Shown here: positions 1 through 12,290 of the stretch, one piece after another | Numbering within the stretch: the stretch's first letter is position 1 | How the letters are laid out: each line of letters starts with the position of its first letter | Origin: Sphagnum compactum | Lineage: Eukaryota | Assembly (NCBI GenBank): GCA_965153455.1 | Contig: OZ234494.1 | Span: 11,098,001-11,162,000 of the forward strand | DNA length: 64,000 nucleotides | Reading direction: 5' to 3' | Made by a program: the position numbers and the translations under genes | The notes under the pieces: generated by a model | Databases searched by the model: none | Told to the model about the DNA's origin: nothing | What the model saw: only the letters and a program-made list of their open reading frames with translations

Positions 1-615
1 TTCAAACTAGTCTGAGTACAATTTGTAAATCACAAATGAGCCTCCTGCAAATTTTTTTTGTATCAGATGGAAATTCCCTACCTCAGGTTCCCTCCATTTT
101 CAAGCTCAGCTATGCTATACATGGCAAAAAAAGATGAAACTAATCAGTTTTTTTATGCTGGAACAGTACTGCAAATTTGTTGACATTTTGGAAAGAAAAA
201 ACCCCATGTATCCAATTGTGCTGGTTATGGTTTGTCAACTCTTTTGCTGTACAAAGGTATCTTGCTCTCCTCTTTTTCTCACATATAATAACACATGATT
301 TGACAACAAGTTAGTATATGTGGAGCTTACGATGTAAAGCTTGAGTTGGCAAAAACTCCAGTTGTTGGAATCTCCCCCACTAAGAAGTTTGATGACACAT
401 TTCTGCAAATTTGAACAAGCAAACTTGAAAACCATATTTTGCTTGTTCTTAGAATCAGCTCTACATAGATTTATAATCCAAAAGTGGTAACTAGTTCCTG
501 TGAAATGTGAACTGTGGGGGCATTCTTATGAAAATAAGTGTAGAAAGGATTTTTGTAATGCGGTTAGACTATTTTTTTTCTTCAGTTCCAACACTAGAGA
601 GTGGGGAGAACTTAC

Positions 616-3100
616 AGAAAGGTGAGATTGTGAAGTGAACCAAGTGAAGTTGGAATGGTGCCTGTCAGGCCATTGTTGGCCAGATCCCTGCACAAAGGAG
701 CAACTTCTAAGTTCTCCAAAGTATACAATCTAAACCTTGTTTCTGATCGATGTTTCAGAAAGTTGCCACCATAATCTAGACCAAAACATACTCTATATAT
801 CCAAGAAGAGAATACATCACTCTGGGAGATCAACCAGCAAAACAACATCAGGGGCACTTGTAGTAGTCAAAATTGGAATAAACTTAAGATTGAAAAGACT
901 GATACTAGGATCTTCAGATTCTCAGGCTTCATTTCCTGATTGAACTGATAAGTTGCACTTCTCAGAAAGCACAAAATTTGGAAAGCATTTCAGAATTTTC
1001 TCACAATGCCACGAGTTGTGAAAGATTTCCAAGTTCTACCGGGATATCCCCAGTAAGATAATTCCCTTCCAAATATCTGCAAAACTTGGACACACAGAAA
1101 ATTACACCTCCTGAACCCCATTGAAGAAACACTAGAGATTTTCGTCAAGTGCCAACATTACAGTTTTCTCACACTGGGCAGCTAAGGAGTAAGAAAACAA
1201 GGATTGCAACGATACTTCACTTTGTCTGTAGTGGGTATCACCTCTTGGGTCCGAGACCAGCCATGCTTAGCCAGGGATGGTCTGATCTGAACATCTCTAG
1301 TCCGCTATCAAGCAACATTAACCTCAAATTTGGTCCAAAATTCTTAAAAACAGCATGGATCTTCGTTGAAAGACTCAAATGAATGAGTGGGTGATGTTGG
1401 ACACAAACTTACAGGGACTTCAAAGATGAGCAGTTGCCAATTTCCGGTGGAATCTGACCAAAAAATTCATTTCTGTGAAGGCCTCTGCAATCAGATAGTG
1501 AAACAGCAATATATGTCAAACAAAAGATCCATTTGCTTGTGTAGCTGAGCCTGCAGCTGGCTCATGGCTTTGCCAAAAAAGTTCAGAGGTTACTGCTTGA
1601 ATATACTGGGGAACTGAACTCACAGGAGCAAACAAAGTAGAGAAATGGTCATGCCAGTGAGAGGACCAAGTACTGTAGCAACTTTGAGGTGGGACAGATT
1701 GAATCATGAAGTTCTTTGCTGTGGGGAGATCATCGTCCATGGTAGGGATTCTTACAAGCTAGACTTCATAATTGCAGCTTACAAAGCCTGACTAGAAATG
1801 GATTTCAAAACTATGTGAGTGGCAGCAGGAAGTCTGGAACAATATTACATAAAAGGAATTGTGATTTTGGAATTACAAAAGAAACTTTGGCCCCACTCAA
1901 AACATCAAGCTTGTTAAATCAGGGGACAAGAAACCCACTGGGGAGAGTAGAGGGCACTAAGAAATATATTCTCCTGAATGGACTCACAGTCTGTGTAACT
2001 TGTCAAGCTTCCCAAGCTCAGGTGATATGGATCCTCGCAGCCGGCAAAAGGGAACATTCCTGTAAACACAAAACGTTTGCAACAACGAATTCAACCAGAA
2101 ACACTTACCAACAAAGCAATGTATATATTCAAAGAGGAATCCAAAGTTGAGGTACCTGAGCTGATCCAACCCTGAGAGCTAAAGATCTGAGATTCAACTC
2201 TTGAGCAATTGATGATGAGATCAACACTTTGCAATCAGCTTTGTAATGATGACAAAAATTGCAGATGAAACAAAACAGAACTTCAAAAAACCTCTAGATA
2301 GATGTTGGATTCATCTTCCTGGACACTTACAGCCCAAAGACACGCCTGGTTGCATTTTGACATCGAATTCCAGACCAATTACAAGGATCAAGATCGTTTT
2401 CATTCCAGTTTGACAGTTGACCTCCTGGGTCCTGGAGAAGCCTCTTGAACGACAGCAATGCCTCTCCTGAAAACCAAAGCTCAAGAATGATAACTAGGTA
2501 CACTTGGGTGGCATGGTATGGTATGGTATGGATTCTTGGATGTGGAAAAAAGATTGAATCACCATTCCTTTAATATTCTATTACTTCATAGCATACCAAA
2601 AAATACCCCTTTATCTCACGTGTTCTATATTAAATACACAAAGAGTAACTTCTCCAAAGGTGTTTATGGTATGTTTGCAGCAGCAACACAGTTGAATCAA
2701 ATCTCTCACTCAATATCACAGACTTGTTACATGATTTTGTATGCCTCGGTACATAGTTAAAGACCAAGAATTGATGAAAGTTGCTTCAGGAAAATGAAGA
2801 ATCCCATCAACTACACAGACTTGCCGTAAGTTGCAGTTGCTGTAAGTACTAGGCTAAAAGACCATTTCAATCAGCAGCAAGCTTTGAAGAATCCCATTCA
2901 AACTCGTTTATATCACAGAAACATGGGTATAGTTCTATAGCAGATATGGTGTGTTTTACACAGTCATTGCAGTTGTGGGTGTGGTGGGAAATATACTCAC
3001 CATCTGGTGACAAGGCATCAGTTCTCATGGGAGCTTCGAGTGTCAAGCTTGCAATCAGGAAGAAGAAGAAGAGAAATGCAGTCATGATGCAGCCCATCAT
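616..3100 (-). CDS. FEI: FEI-like LRR receptor-like kinase (LRR-XIII type), 5' part only; gene continues beyond the left window edge
   Basis: GT-AG exons 3100-3001, 2466-2331, 2059-1988, 1484-1413, 1076-1005 and 687-616 splice in frame. They give a signal peptide (MMGCIMTAFLFFFFLIASLTL...), ALSPDGEALLSFK, an LRR N-cap (NWNENDLDPCNWSGIRC) and four 72-nt single-LRR exons (e.g. LRGSISPELGKLDKLHRL, FFGQIPPEIGNCSSLKSL). ALSPDGEALLSF matches the FEI1/2 N-terminus as recalled. Transmembrane and kinase domains are outside the window. Confidence 0.9.
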
Positions 3101-4296
3101 TTTTCAGAACTTTTAGTGTGAGCTGAATTTTAGATCTCTGAGCCTCTTCCTACATTTTCACATGTATCCCTGTTTGTCTTTATAGGATATCATGATCTCG
3201 ACTCTCTCAAAACTGCACTCAGAAGACATTGCCAAGTTATGATGCATGTGATCATCATATCTTCCCCCCTGCAAACAAACCGCATGTGGGCACCCACTCA
3301 CTCAGCTGGAGGACTTCATGAGATTCCTGTTGCAAGATCGTAAGTCATGGCCACTAAGGAATCTGATGATCAAAGGTGTGATGGACGTTTGCCAGATCAA
3401 TGGGTTTCCAGGATGATGAAGATGGGAGAGTCCTAGCCGTTTGAAATAAAGATTGGCTGCATTTCCAGATGCTGCTGCTGCATGGAAGAAGAAACAGCTT
3501 GTGAAATGGATACTTCCTGCAGATATGGACATCAGAGTACAGTTATTGGAAAGTTCTGTAGCTTGGAGAAATTTGTGAGAGGAAAAAGAGGGAAGTCCTC
3601 AGGGAAACAAGGGGATCAATTCTTCTCAAGAAAATTCCCATTCCTCATGACGGATGAGATTTTGTATCGCCATTTTGGACTTCACAACACTTCAAGAACT
3701 GAAAAAGAGTTGAAAGCACATAACAGAAACTGGAGTAGACGTATCCACAAGACCCCAACATTGAGCAAAAGCAGAACATGAGGAGAATTCAAGATGACTA
3801 GGAGGAAAATTAGAGGAAGAAGAGCTGAGGAGAACGAACGAACGAACGAACGAACGTGTTTGAGCTCAGTTTCAAACATTATGTACAAAACAAAAAATCC
3901 ACGAAACCAAAGGGACTAGTCTTGCTCCCAAGAAAGGACCACACAGTCTTTCTTTGTTTGTTTGTGCTGTTATAAGATGCGTCGGGTATACGTCTTGTTC
4001 TCCAGACTGAAAAGACGACCCACATGCAGCCAGCCAACATACACACATGAAATCCAATTTGGAGCGACAGCAAGCAACTGGTGAGAATATGAGAACAAGG
4101 AGAAAAGACGAAGAGGAAGAAGAAAAGAGAGAGATTCAGGTGAAAGAGCCCAAACTTCAGCGACACTGGGAGGCTCAGCAGCGAGGAGGAGGAGGAGGAG
4201 GAGGAGGAGGAGCTCAGGAGCTCGCAGCAGCAGCAGCAGCAGCAGTAGCGACAAAAGGCTGGACAAAAGACTCTGTAGCCATTTTTTTACTCTGTG

Positions 4297-4810
4297 GCCA
4301 GTTTTCGCCAAAAAGAGAATTTTCAACTCAAATATTCGAAAAAGAACTGGTTTTTGGAGGTTTTCAGTCGCCAAAAATTGAGGAAAAAGAAAAGTACGAA
4401 TAAGCATATTCTGATATTTGGTTTTTCATTGTATAGCCAAAAATATAGAAGGGTGATTAATGATTTATACTTTTCTGGTTTATAGTGAAATTTTGTGGCT
4501 ATCTAAATCTTGCTGGGGATGGATAATCGCCACTTTGGGCTACAAACCAAAAGTGCTATTAAAGAAAAAACCACAGGGCTGGAGACCAGTTTTAAATTGG
4601 ATAAAGAAGTGATTTTGGAGGTTTTCAGTCGCCAAAAGTAAGGAAAGGAAAAGTAAAAATCGCCATATACGTATATTTCATTATTCATTGTGTAGCCAAA
4701 AATAGAGAAGGATGATTAATAATAAGGATTTATACTTTATTTCTGGCTTGTAGTGAGATTTGGTGGCTAAATGTGGCTGCTGGAGATGATCGCCATTTTG
4801 GCTACAGACG
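4297..4810. repeat. Two tandem copies of a dispersed AT-rich repeat (MITE-like family)
   Basis: TTTGGAGGTTTTCAGTCGCCAAAA...TAGCCAAAAATA.AGAAG...GATCGCCA.TTTGG occurs at ~4353-4540 and again at ~4614-4805. Related fragments lie at ~5060-5660 and an inverted copy at ~60480-60775. Confidence 0.65.
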
Positions 4811-5685
4811 ACAAAGAAATGCTAAAAGAAAAAATCAAGGGGGTTGGAGACAGACGGTTAAAAGACGATTCCACGACAAAAACGTCCAAGTTTGGGAATT
4901 GAAAGCAGTTCTGTCAAATTTGCCGACTTGTTCTGCAAAACGCCAATGAGTGCATACTCCGGGAATTAAGTCAATTTGTCATTTTATTGCTGGAATGGAA
5001 TATTATAATGGAACAGTTATAAGACAGGAACTTAACTCCCAAATTTATTACTGCCAATTTTTTACTGCCAAATTTTCGCCAAATTTCGACCTGAAAAATA
5101 TGCTTTCCACTCCCCCATTGTTGTTGGGAGAAAAGTGGGGGGGCGAGGGGGGATTTTTTGGCTTTTTTGCCGACCTGAAATATACAATTGTGTCACATAC
5201 AAAGGATTTTTTAATTTTTAAATTGGAGAGAAATGATCCTAATTCGCCACATTTTGTAAAAAAATAATTATTTAATTGTCAGATTTCAATGTCAAGTTCC
5301 ATCTAGTAGCCCAAATATAAAAGGATTCTTATATTTTTCTACTTTTTGGTCTATAGCCAAACTTGGCTAAATATTCTTGTGGATTATTTCCTACATTACA
5401 AAATTGAAAAAAGAAAAAAAAGGAAAAAACCATCTTGATTTCCACCTATACAAAGGCTTTTTCATGGAGAAAGTGAACCCAATTTCGATTTATTTATTTT
5501 CCAAATCTCCAGAATTTTATGATTTGAAGGTTCCATAAGGTAGTCAAGGATAGAGAAGGATCCCTTTTTTTTTTTAAAAGGCTTTTCATGTCTAGTATAT
5601 AGCCAAATTTTGCTTTTCTTTGGGGGGGGGGATGATTGCCACTTTGGCTATTTCATAAAATCAGTAGGATAAAAAACACTAATAT

Positions 5686-5965
5686 TTGGTTTCACCTTGG
5701 TAACCAATTCTGTAGGAAATAATAGGTCCCATATATAGGTAGATAGGTAGGAAAATAGGTAACTACTAGTTAAGTAGATGGTTTATACACTGGTAAGGGG
5801 GCTGTTTTTTTTTACTATCTACCTACTAACAACCTGCTTGTGAGTTTTAGTAGGTAGGTAGTAAAAAAAAGCAACTGAGCTAACCACCATGGTTAACTTG
5901 GGATCTTGTGTGAAATGGTAACTTAACTACAATTAACACACAATATGTAGGCCAGGTGAAACCAA
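5686..5965. mobile_element. MITE with 12-bp terminal inverted repeats
   Basis: TTGGTTTCACCT (5686-5697) and AGGTGAAACCAA (5954-5965) are perfect reverse complements; the interior is rich in (T)AGGT repeats. A related left end (GTTTCACCCTTGGTAACC) starts near 6046. Confidence 0.55.
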
Positions 5966-6694
5966 CCAACATCCACCTGCACATCATCCATTGGAAGCCT
6001 GTTCCGACTCGGTTGTGGATGAATCCTAACCGAGTTCTTGTCTAGTTTCACCCTTGGTAACCGATCTCATAAAGGATAGGTCCTGTAGGTAGGTGGTTAT
6101 GTACTATGGACCAGGCCCATTCATGCACATAGGATGCCCCCCCCCTAAATACATGTAATAATCAATGTTGTTGTGCATGTATATGGTTTAGGACTTACAC
6201 TTTGTGTAAAGGTAAATGATATCTATGTGAAAATTTATTTACATTCATGTAAGTGTATAACCGGAGACATGGTAAGGAGTAGTGAGTTGTACATAGGAAA
6301 TAAATACAAATCAGAAACTGAGGTAACCCCTGTGGTTAGCCAGGGAACCAGAGCGAATGGAAAAGCGTTTTGTGTCCACCCACCATCCATCCCCCATGAT
6401 GATGATGATGATGTGCTGGTGGCTGTTGATTCAACCCTGGCCCAACACTTGTAGAGAGCAATCTGGAGTTCAGATTGATTTCTCTATTAAGAAGTAAGTT
6501 CAAGGGAGCCCAGGGAGGAGAGCAAGTGTATTCCTTTTATCTTGAAGAAAGAAATAAGCAAAATCTTCCCAACTAGCCTACAGTCAGTGAATTATCATTA
6601 TCATGTTTTCCCCACCCATACTTCACACCATAGCACTCCACCCAAGTTCAGTAAGAGATTCTTAATACATCTTTCAACAAGTTGTTCTAAGAGT

Positions 6695-6838
6695 TAAATT
6701 GTCAATTTGATTCCTGATCACTAAAAGTTGAAAATTGTCTCAATTTTTTATATATAGGTGATGTGCTACATATTATTGAAAAGCTCTCAACGAATATTAT
6801 AACTTTTTTTAAAACCTCACCTCAATCAAAGGTCTGCA
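6695..6838. mobile_element. Decayed fragment of an abundant repeat (probably LTR-retrotransposon derived)
   Basis: TGTCAATTTGATTCCTGATCACTAAAAGTTG...TTGAAAAGCTCTCAACGA...CCTCACCTCAATCAAAGGTCTGCA resembles, from memory only, a common moss repeat that has undergone C>T decay. No termini are visible. Confidence 0.35.
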
Positions 6839-7003
6839 GTTTTTTGGGCTTGTCTTTGTTTGTGTCATGTGTGGTTCTATGTGATTTTGCATAGAACCAC
6901 ACACAGCCCAATTCTGTTTCTAATTTTGCAAAAAAAGATCTTTACATTTTATTTTTGTTTTGCATGTTCTGCTACCCCACATCAAATTACAAACTCATCA
7001 CTA

Positions 7004-7257
7004 CCGTAGCCTAGGGTCAATTTCCACGTTGACAAAATGAATAATTATTTTTTTCAAAAAATGAATTTGTTTTTAAATTTTGAAATTACATATTTTTCCA
7101 TCATCTACTATAATATTGTGATATGAATAATGAAATTATTCAGAGTGCAGCCGATGATAATTATGATGATTTTCAACATATCAATGCCATGTTTTCATAA
7201 ATTTTCATTTCACTATTTTTAGGATTATTTAATGACGAAATTGACCTTAGGGTAAGG
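7004..7257. mobile_element. 254-bp Tc1/mariner-type (TA-target) MITE
   Basis: TIRs CCGTAGCCTAGGGTCAATTT and AAATTGACCTTAGGGTAAGG (17/20 complementary). TA is duplicated at 7002-7003 and 7258-7259. An empty-site paralog (CATCAC-TA-CTTCTC) lies at 7343-7356. Confidence 0.9.
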
Positions 7258-8216
7258 TACTTCTCAAGAGAGAATGAAAATACCTACCATCAATATAGCA
7301 ATTCTTGTAGCTTGGTCTGCTGTCCCACACCAATTACAAACTCATCACTACTTCTCAAGAGAAAATGAAAATACCAACCATCAACATAACAATTCTTGTA
7401 GCAATTCTCCATATTTTGTATGTATCATCAAAATAGAGTAAAATCGGTGAAACCCATATGACAGAACCACACAGCTCTTCTGTACAGGGCTGAGCACTGC
7501 TGTCAGCCAAGAAATGTGCAGAACAGAAGAGCTCAGTGCAGAGGGGAGAGGATGTTTAGCATTCTTCCGAGTTCAGTTCAGCAGACTCAAACTAAATTAT
7601 CATAACAAGAGATTACATGAGCTTTGCTTTTGCACCCCCATCGTACATTGTCTACAGCAGGGTCTGTGAGAGGCTGCTGATGAGTGCACTCTCCTTAAGA
7701 GGTCTTCAAATGTGTGCATGGGCCTCTCTCTCTCTCTCTCTGTCTCTCTCTGGCCTTTTGGGCAGCTACAAGTACAAGTAATCGTGTCATGACAATAGAT
7801 AAGCTGGTCTGTCAGTACTTGTCTACATGAGTAGTATTTAAAACTGACTATTTGTTAACCATGTCTGTATACAGACAGACAAGGGTTATAGGATCAGTGT
7901 AAGAAGTATACAGAAATATAATACTGGGTCCTCTCTGAAATAGGCTTGTGCCTAGAGAGGGATTTGTAAGCAAATGACATTGTTCAAATTGGTGTTTTTT
8001 GAATCCTTTCTTAAGAGTTTTGCCTTAGTGAATTTAGTAGGCTACTTACATGTTGCATGCCAAAAGAACATGTTGCATGCCAAAGATTTGCACATTGCAA
8101 GGAGCTTTTAACAAGAATTTGGAGTTTTTTACATATCTTTCTTCGACTTGACTGATGTATTTGACTCAAGGTGCTCCTCGTATTAATAGGCAGTGTTCTG
8201 GCACATTACTCTTCCT

Positions 8217-8970
8217 GTTTGTTGGTCGTGCCTTGTAAGGCAGGGATATTGTGTTGAGAATCATTATAAAGTATAGTAGCTTCAAGGGATTTTGGCCTCT
8301 CACAACTAGGTGAGATGATTCATCTTAATTTGGTTGTAAAAAGATTCATATTCCTCTTTTTCACATTTTGTTTTCGTCCCCCACCTCTTCAAATGTGCAC
8401 CCAGCCCCTCGTGACTTTGTCACCAATCCATAACTCACAAAATTAAATATGAAACTATCTTCATTAAAAAAAAAGATTAAGGCACCCATCATACATTAAA
8501 ATTCATGTAATTCTTTCCAAATGTGAAAATGTGATTGAAAACATTTCAAATACACATGTCACAATAGGTCTTTTTTTTTTGTTTTGGAAATTTTTCTTAA
8601 ATATGAAAAATAAAATGAAAAAGGAATATTCAATCATTATTATTTTTAATAGAAAAAAGTCATTAGATTTCTAAAAAAATTAAAAATCATGCTGTGATAT
8701 TTCACTATCGGTTTTGGTTTGGTAACAATTTTTTTATAAACTTTTAGAACTTGTCATCAATTAATGTGAGATCCCTTTTGGGTTCCTTGTAACTAATGTG
8801 ATGTAAAAAATTGAAAATAATAATCATGACAATTTGTCTTTTACAACATGATTATATGTATATATATATATATACACATATATATGAATTTTTCTCCTAG
8901 ATATGACCATCATACAATAATCATTTTATTAAATGAATGGCAGGGTCATTGTGTATAACACACCTTTTTT
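8217..8970 (+). mobile_element. Non-autonomous Helentron/Helitron2-like element, copy 1
   Basis: Direct-repeat homolog of 11558-12290. It has a 5' hairpin TGCCTT-GT-AAGGCA, a 3' subterminal CAGGGTCA followed by the TGTGT-ATA-ACACA stem-loop, a T-rich end, and an internal (TA)n at ~8859-8885. Confidence 0.6.
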
Positions 8971-9429
8971 CGTAAAGGAAGTCATATGATATTATTTATG
9001 ATTACCACAACAATGTCACATGGCTTCCTTTATGAACCAAATACTGCTCAAAAAATTTGGAAGTCAGTAGAGTTATCTGTCAAGTCAAGCCGTCTTTGGG
9101 CCTTAGTTTGACCCTCTATTCCTGACTGGAGTGTATCTGTAAAGTGAGCAAAATGAGTTACCATTTCATCAAACTGGGTACCAGTTCAGAAGATTTGCCA
9201 GATCTTCTTCTGACAACACTTGATCTTGTATGAGCAGCAGTTGAGGCAAATCCAAAACTGGCGGAGAAACTCCCCTAAGGATCAATTTAGACGAGACAAC
9301 TAGTTTGGTCCCCTTTTTTTCCCCCTGTATACTACTGATTGTATTCTTACTTCTCATTTCGTCCCCGGTTCTGGCAAAACTTGGGGCCCAGAAGCCCCAA
9401 GTAGTCTTGCTTTGGCATACTTTATGGAT

Positions 9430-9968
9430 GACTCTATTGTTTATTTGAGTTTGTAGTGATTGTTGGTTTATGTATGGCATTCAATTTTGACTCTATTGTT
9501 TTGTTGAGTTTGTAGTGATTGTTGGTTTATGTATGGCATTCAATTTTGACTCTATTGTTTTGCTGAGTTTGTAGTGATTGTTGGTTTATGTATGGCACTC
9601 AATTTTGACTCTATTGTTATGTTGAGTTTGTAGTGATTGTTGGTTTAATGTTTGGCATTGAATTTTGACTCTATTGTTTTGTTGAGTTTGTAGTGATTGT
9701 TGGTTTAATGTTTGGCATTGAATTTTGACTCTATTGTTTTGTTGAGTTCGTAGTGATTATTGGTTTAACGTTTGGCATTGAATTTTGACTCTATTGTTTT
9801 GTTGAGTTTGTAGTGATTGTTTGTTTAATGTTTTGGCATTGAATTTTGACTCTATTGTTTTGTTGAGTTTGTAGTGATTGGTGGTTTAATGTTTGGCATT
9901 GAATTTTGACTCTATTGTTTTGTTGAGTTTGTAGTGATTGTTGGTTTCTGTTTGGCATTAAATTTTGA
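9430..9968. repeat. Minisatellite, ~9 copies of a 59-61 bp unit
   Basis: Unit GACTCTATTGTTTTGTTGAGTTTGTAGTGATTGTTGGTTTA(A)TGT[AT]TGGCATT[CG]AATTTT, with starts near 9430, 9489, 9548, 9607, 9667, 9727, 9787, 9848 and 9908. Confidence 0.95.
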
Positions 9969-11557
9969 TTCCACAGGCACCATGCAGATTGCTCTTGTCC
10001 ATCAGTTTGGATTCTGTTTTTGGGGGGTTACTCTAACTGTTGTCATGTTGTAGATTGTAAGATAGCACAATTTGTTGGTTTCATTTGATACATGTGAGTT
10101 GAGGAGGTTATTGTGAACATTAGCTCTAAGTTGAAACTATCCAATCATTTCACAATCTCGAATTCACAGCTCGTGCCTGGTAAGCTCCTGGGAAAGGTGC
10201 AAAGGGTGAACTAAATTGTTGGAATCTTTCAGATCCCGTGCGGGATCTGGATGAAATGATGCATCAATAGAAATGGCACATGGACTCAGAGAGACAATGG
10301 AAGAATTGATGTTTTCTGAACCCATCATCGGATGTAGAAGCCCACCCATTACCTGGCATGGAATTTATGAACTGGATGAGAGAACATGGGGCCCCCAATG
10401 TCATTTGTCAGTAGTTCCACTAGACCCGATCATAGCTTTTTCTCTCACACTTTTGGATGGCAAATCGTAGAGTTTTAACTATCTGTCTGTCCAGTGCCAT
10501 GCTCAATGATTTTGTAGTGTTGCACAAGTTGCTATCATTCTTAAGAGAAATTGACCAGTTTGGCCCAAAAACAAAAACAAAAAAGAAAAGTAATTAAGAC
10601 AATTATGCATCCTATTGGAACCTGATATAAAATGTAGCAATTTATTCATTTACTTATTTGACATTTGACAATCATACACCTCAGAAAATCACTCATTTTT
10701 AGCATTTTTATTTTTAGAAATCACCAACTGTTGAAAGTTTGCCTATTAAAAAATATACTGACACTTCAAAGCTCATGATCACTGGGATTTAAAGGCCAGA
10801 GTAGGTAATAGAGTTATCTGGAAAGTCTTTGCGCATCCTTTCATCCCCTAGCCCCTCTTTGAGTAGTATCCGCCACTTAAGGAAATTTTATTAAATCTCA
10901 GTATGAAATGCTGAAACTCTTAATGCACAAGGTTTGAGAGTAATTATAGTAGTTGTACAAGTAGGAGCAGCGAAAATACATGTAGTAGCAGTGGAGGCAC
11001 TCGGGAAAAAGGAAAGATAGGATGAAACTCAGTTTACCGGCGAAATTGACGGTTTACCGATTTTCACCTCTGTTGCATGCTAATGTACTTTTATGCAGGT
11101 TTTCCTTAAATATCATCCCCTCTATGAGCAAAGGTAGGGTTTTGGTGCAATGTGTTTTCCTTACTTTATGGATAACTCTATTGTGTTCATGACTATATGT
11201 TAAAAGCCTTCAGCTTGTAAAATCATTTCATTTTGGACATTTTGGGGGGATTGTGTTGGTGTCAATTCATCTAATGATCTTTTGGGTTATGTGTATGGAG
11301 ACAATCAAACCCATGTTAAAAATATTGGATTGCAGAATCCTTAGACAATGAAGATTTCTGCACTTGTGTTGGCATCATTTCATATCTTTATCTTGGTGGC
11401 TATAAATGGACAAGAGTCCATGTTACAGCTACAAGACCACAGGTACTGACAAGCATTAGATTTGGCATCATGCACCAATGATGTGCACATGCATATGTGC
11501 ATGTTGCTTGGTGGGTATGAAAATTTATCACTTAAGGAAGGTAGTTTTGTTTGCTTG

Positions 11558-12290
11558 GTTTGTTGGCCCTGCCTTACAAGGCAGGGATATTGTGTTGAGA
11601 ATCATTATAGAGTATAGTAGCTTCAAGGGATTTTACCCTTTAGAATTTAGGTGAGATGATTCATCTTAATTTGGTAGGAAAAAGATTCATATTCATTTTG
11701 CGATGTTTTGTTTTCTCCTCAACCTTCTCAAATTTGCACTAAGTCCCAAGCGACTATATCACCAATCCATAACCCACAAAATTAAATATGAAACTACTTT
11801 CTTCCAAAATGGTTATGGCATGCATCATATGCAAAATTCATGTAATTCTTTCAAAATGTGACATTGTGATTGAAAACATTCAAATACACATTTTTTCTTT
11901 CTTTGAAAATTTGCATCACTGTGAAAAACAAATATGAAAAGTGAATATCTAATCACTTTTGGTTTTTGAAAAAAAAAATCATTAGATTTTCAAAAATTGA
12001 AAATCATGTTGTGACATTTTTAAATTGGTTTTGGTTTGGTTTTTTAAAAAATAAAATAAGTTCCTAGAACATGTCATCATTTAATGTGAGATCCCTTTTG
12101 GGTTCTTCATAACTAATGTGATGTTTAAAAAAAAGAATCATGACATTTTTTCTTTTACAACAACATGATGATGTACATTAAAATAGATTTATTTTTTATT
12201 TTTTCCTTAGTTATGACCAATTTATCATACAATATCAATTGTTGATATTAAATTAACGACAGGGCCATTGTGTATAACACACCTTGTTTT
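11558..12290 (+). mobile_element. Non-autonomous Helentron/Helitron2-like element, copy 2
   Basis: Asymmetric inverted repeats TGGCCCTG (11564-11571) and CAGGGCCA (12260-12267). 5' hairpin CCCTGCCTT-AC-AAGGCAGGG, 3' stem-loop TGTGT-ATA-ACACA, ending in CCTTGTTTT. Homologous throughout to 8217-8970. Confidence 0.65.

Noticed and set aside
3970-4407. Overlapping 118-145 aa ORFs with poly-G/A/L tracts
   Set aside because: They arise from (GGA)n/(GCA)n microsatellites in the FEI leader plus an adjacent repeat, with no protein-like content.
6506-6531. Resemblance to a miR408-complementary site (AGCCCAGGGAGGAGAGCAAGTGTA)
   Set aside because: It needs several single-base bulges and mismatches, and there is no partner arm for a precursor hairpin. 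Likely chance.
9430-9968. CRISPR-like array
   Set aside because: The units are contiguous with no unique spacers, there are no cas genes, and the context is eukaryotic. It is a minisatellite (as is 38787-39117).
7434-11072. Possible hAT element bounded by TAGAGTAAAATCGGTGAAACC and GGTTTACCGATTTTCACCTCTG
   Set aside because: The inverted match is gapped and there is no 8-bp TSD. These may be independent fragments.
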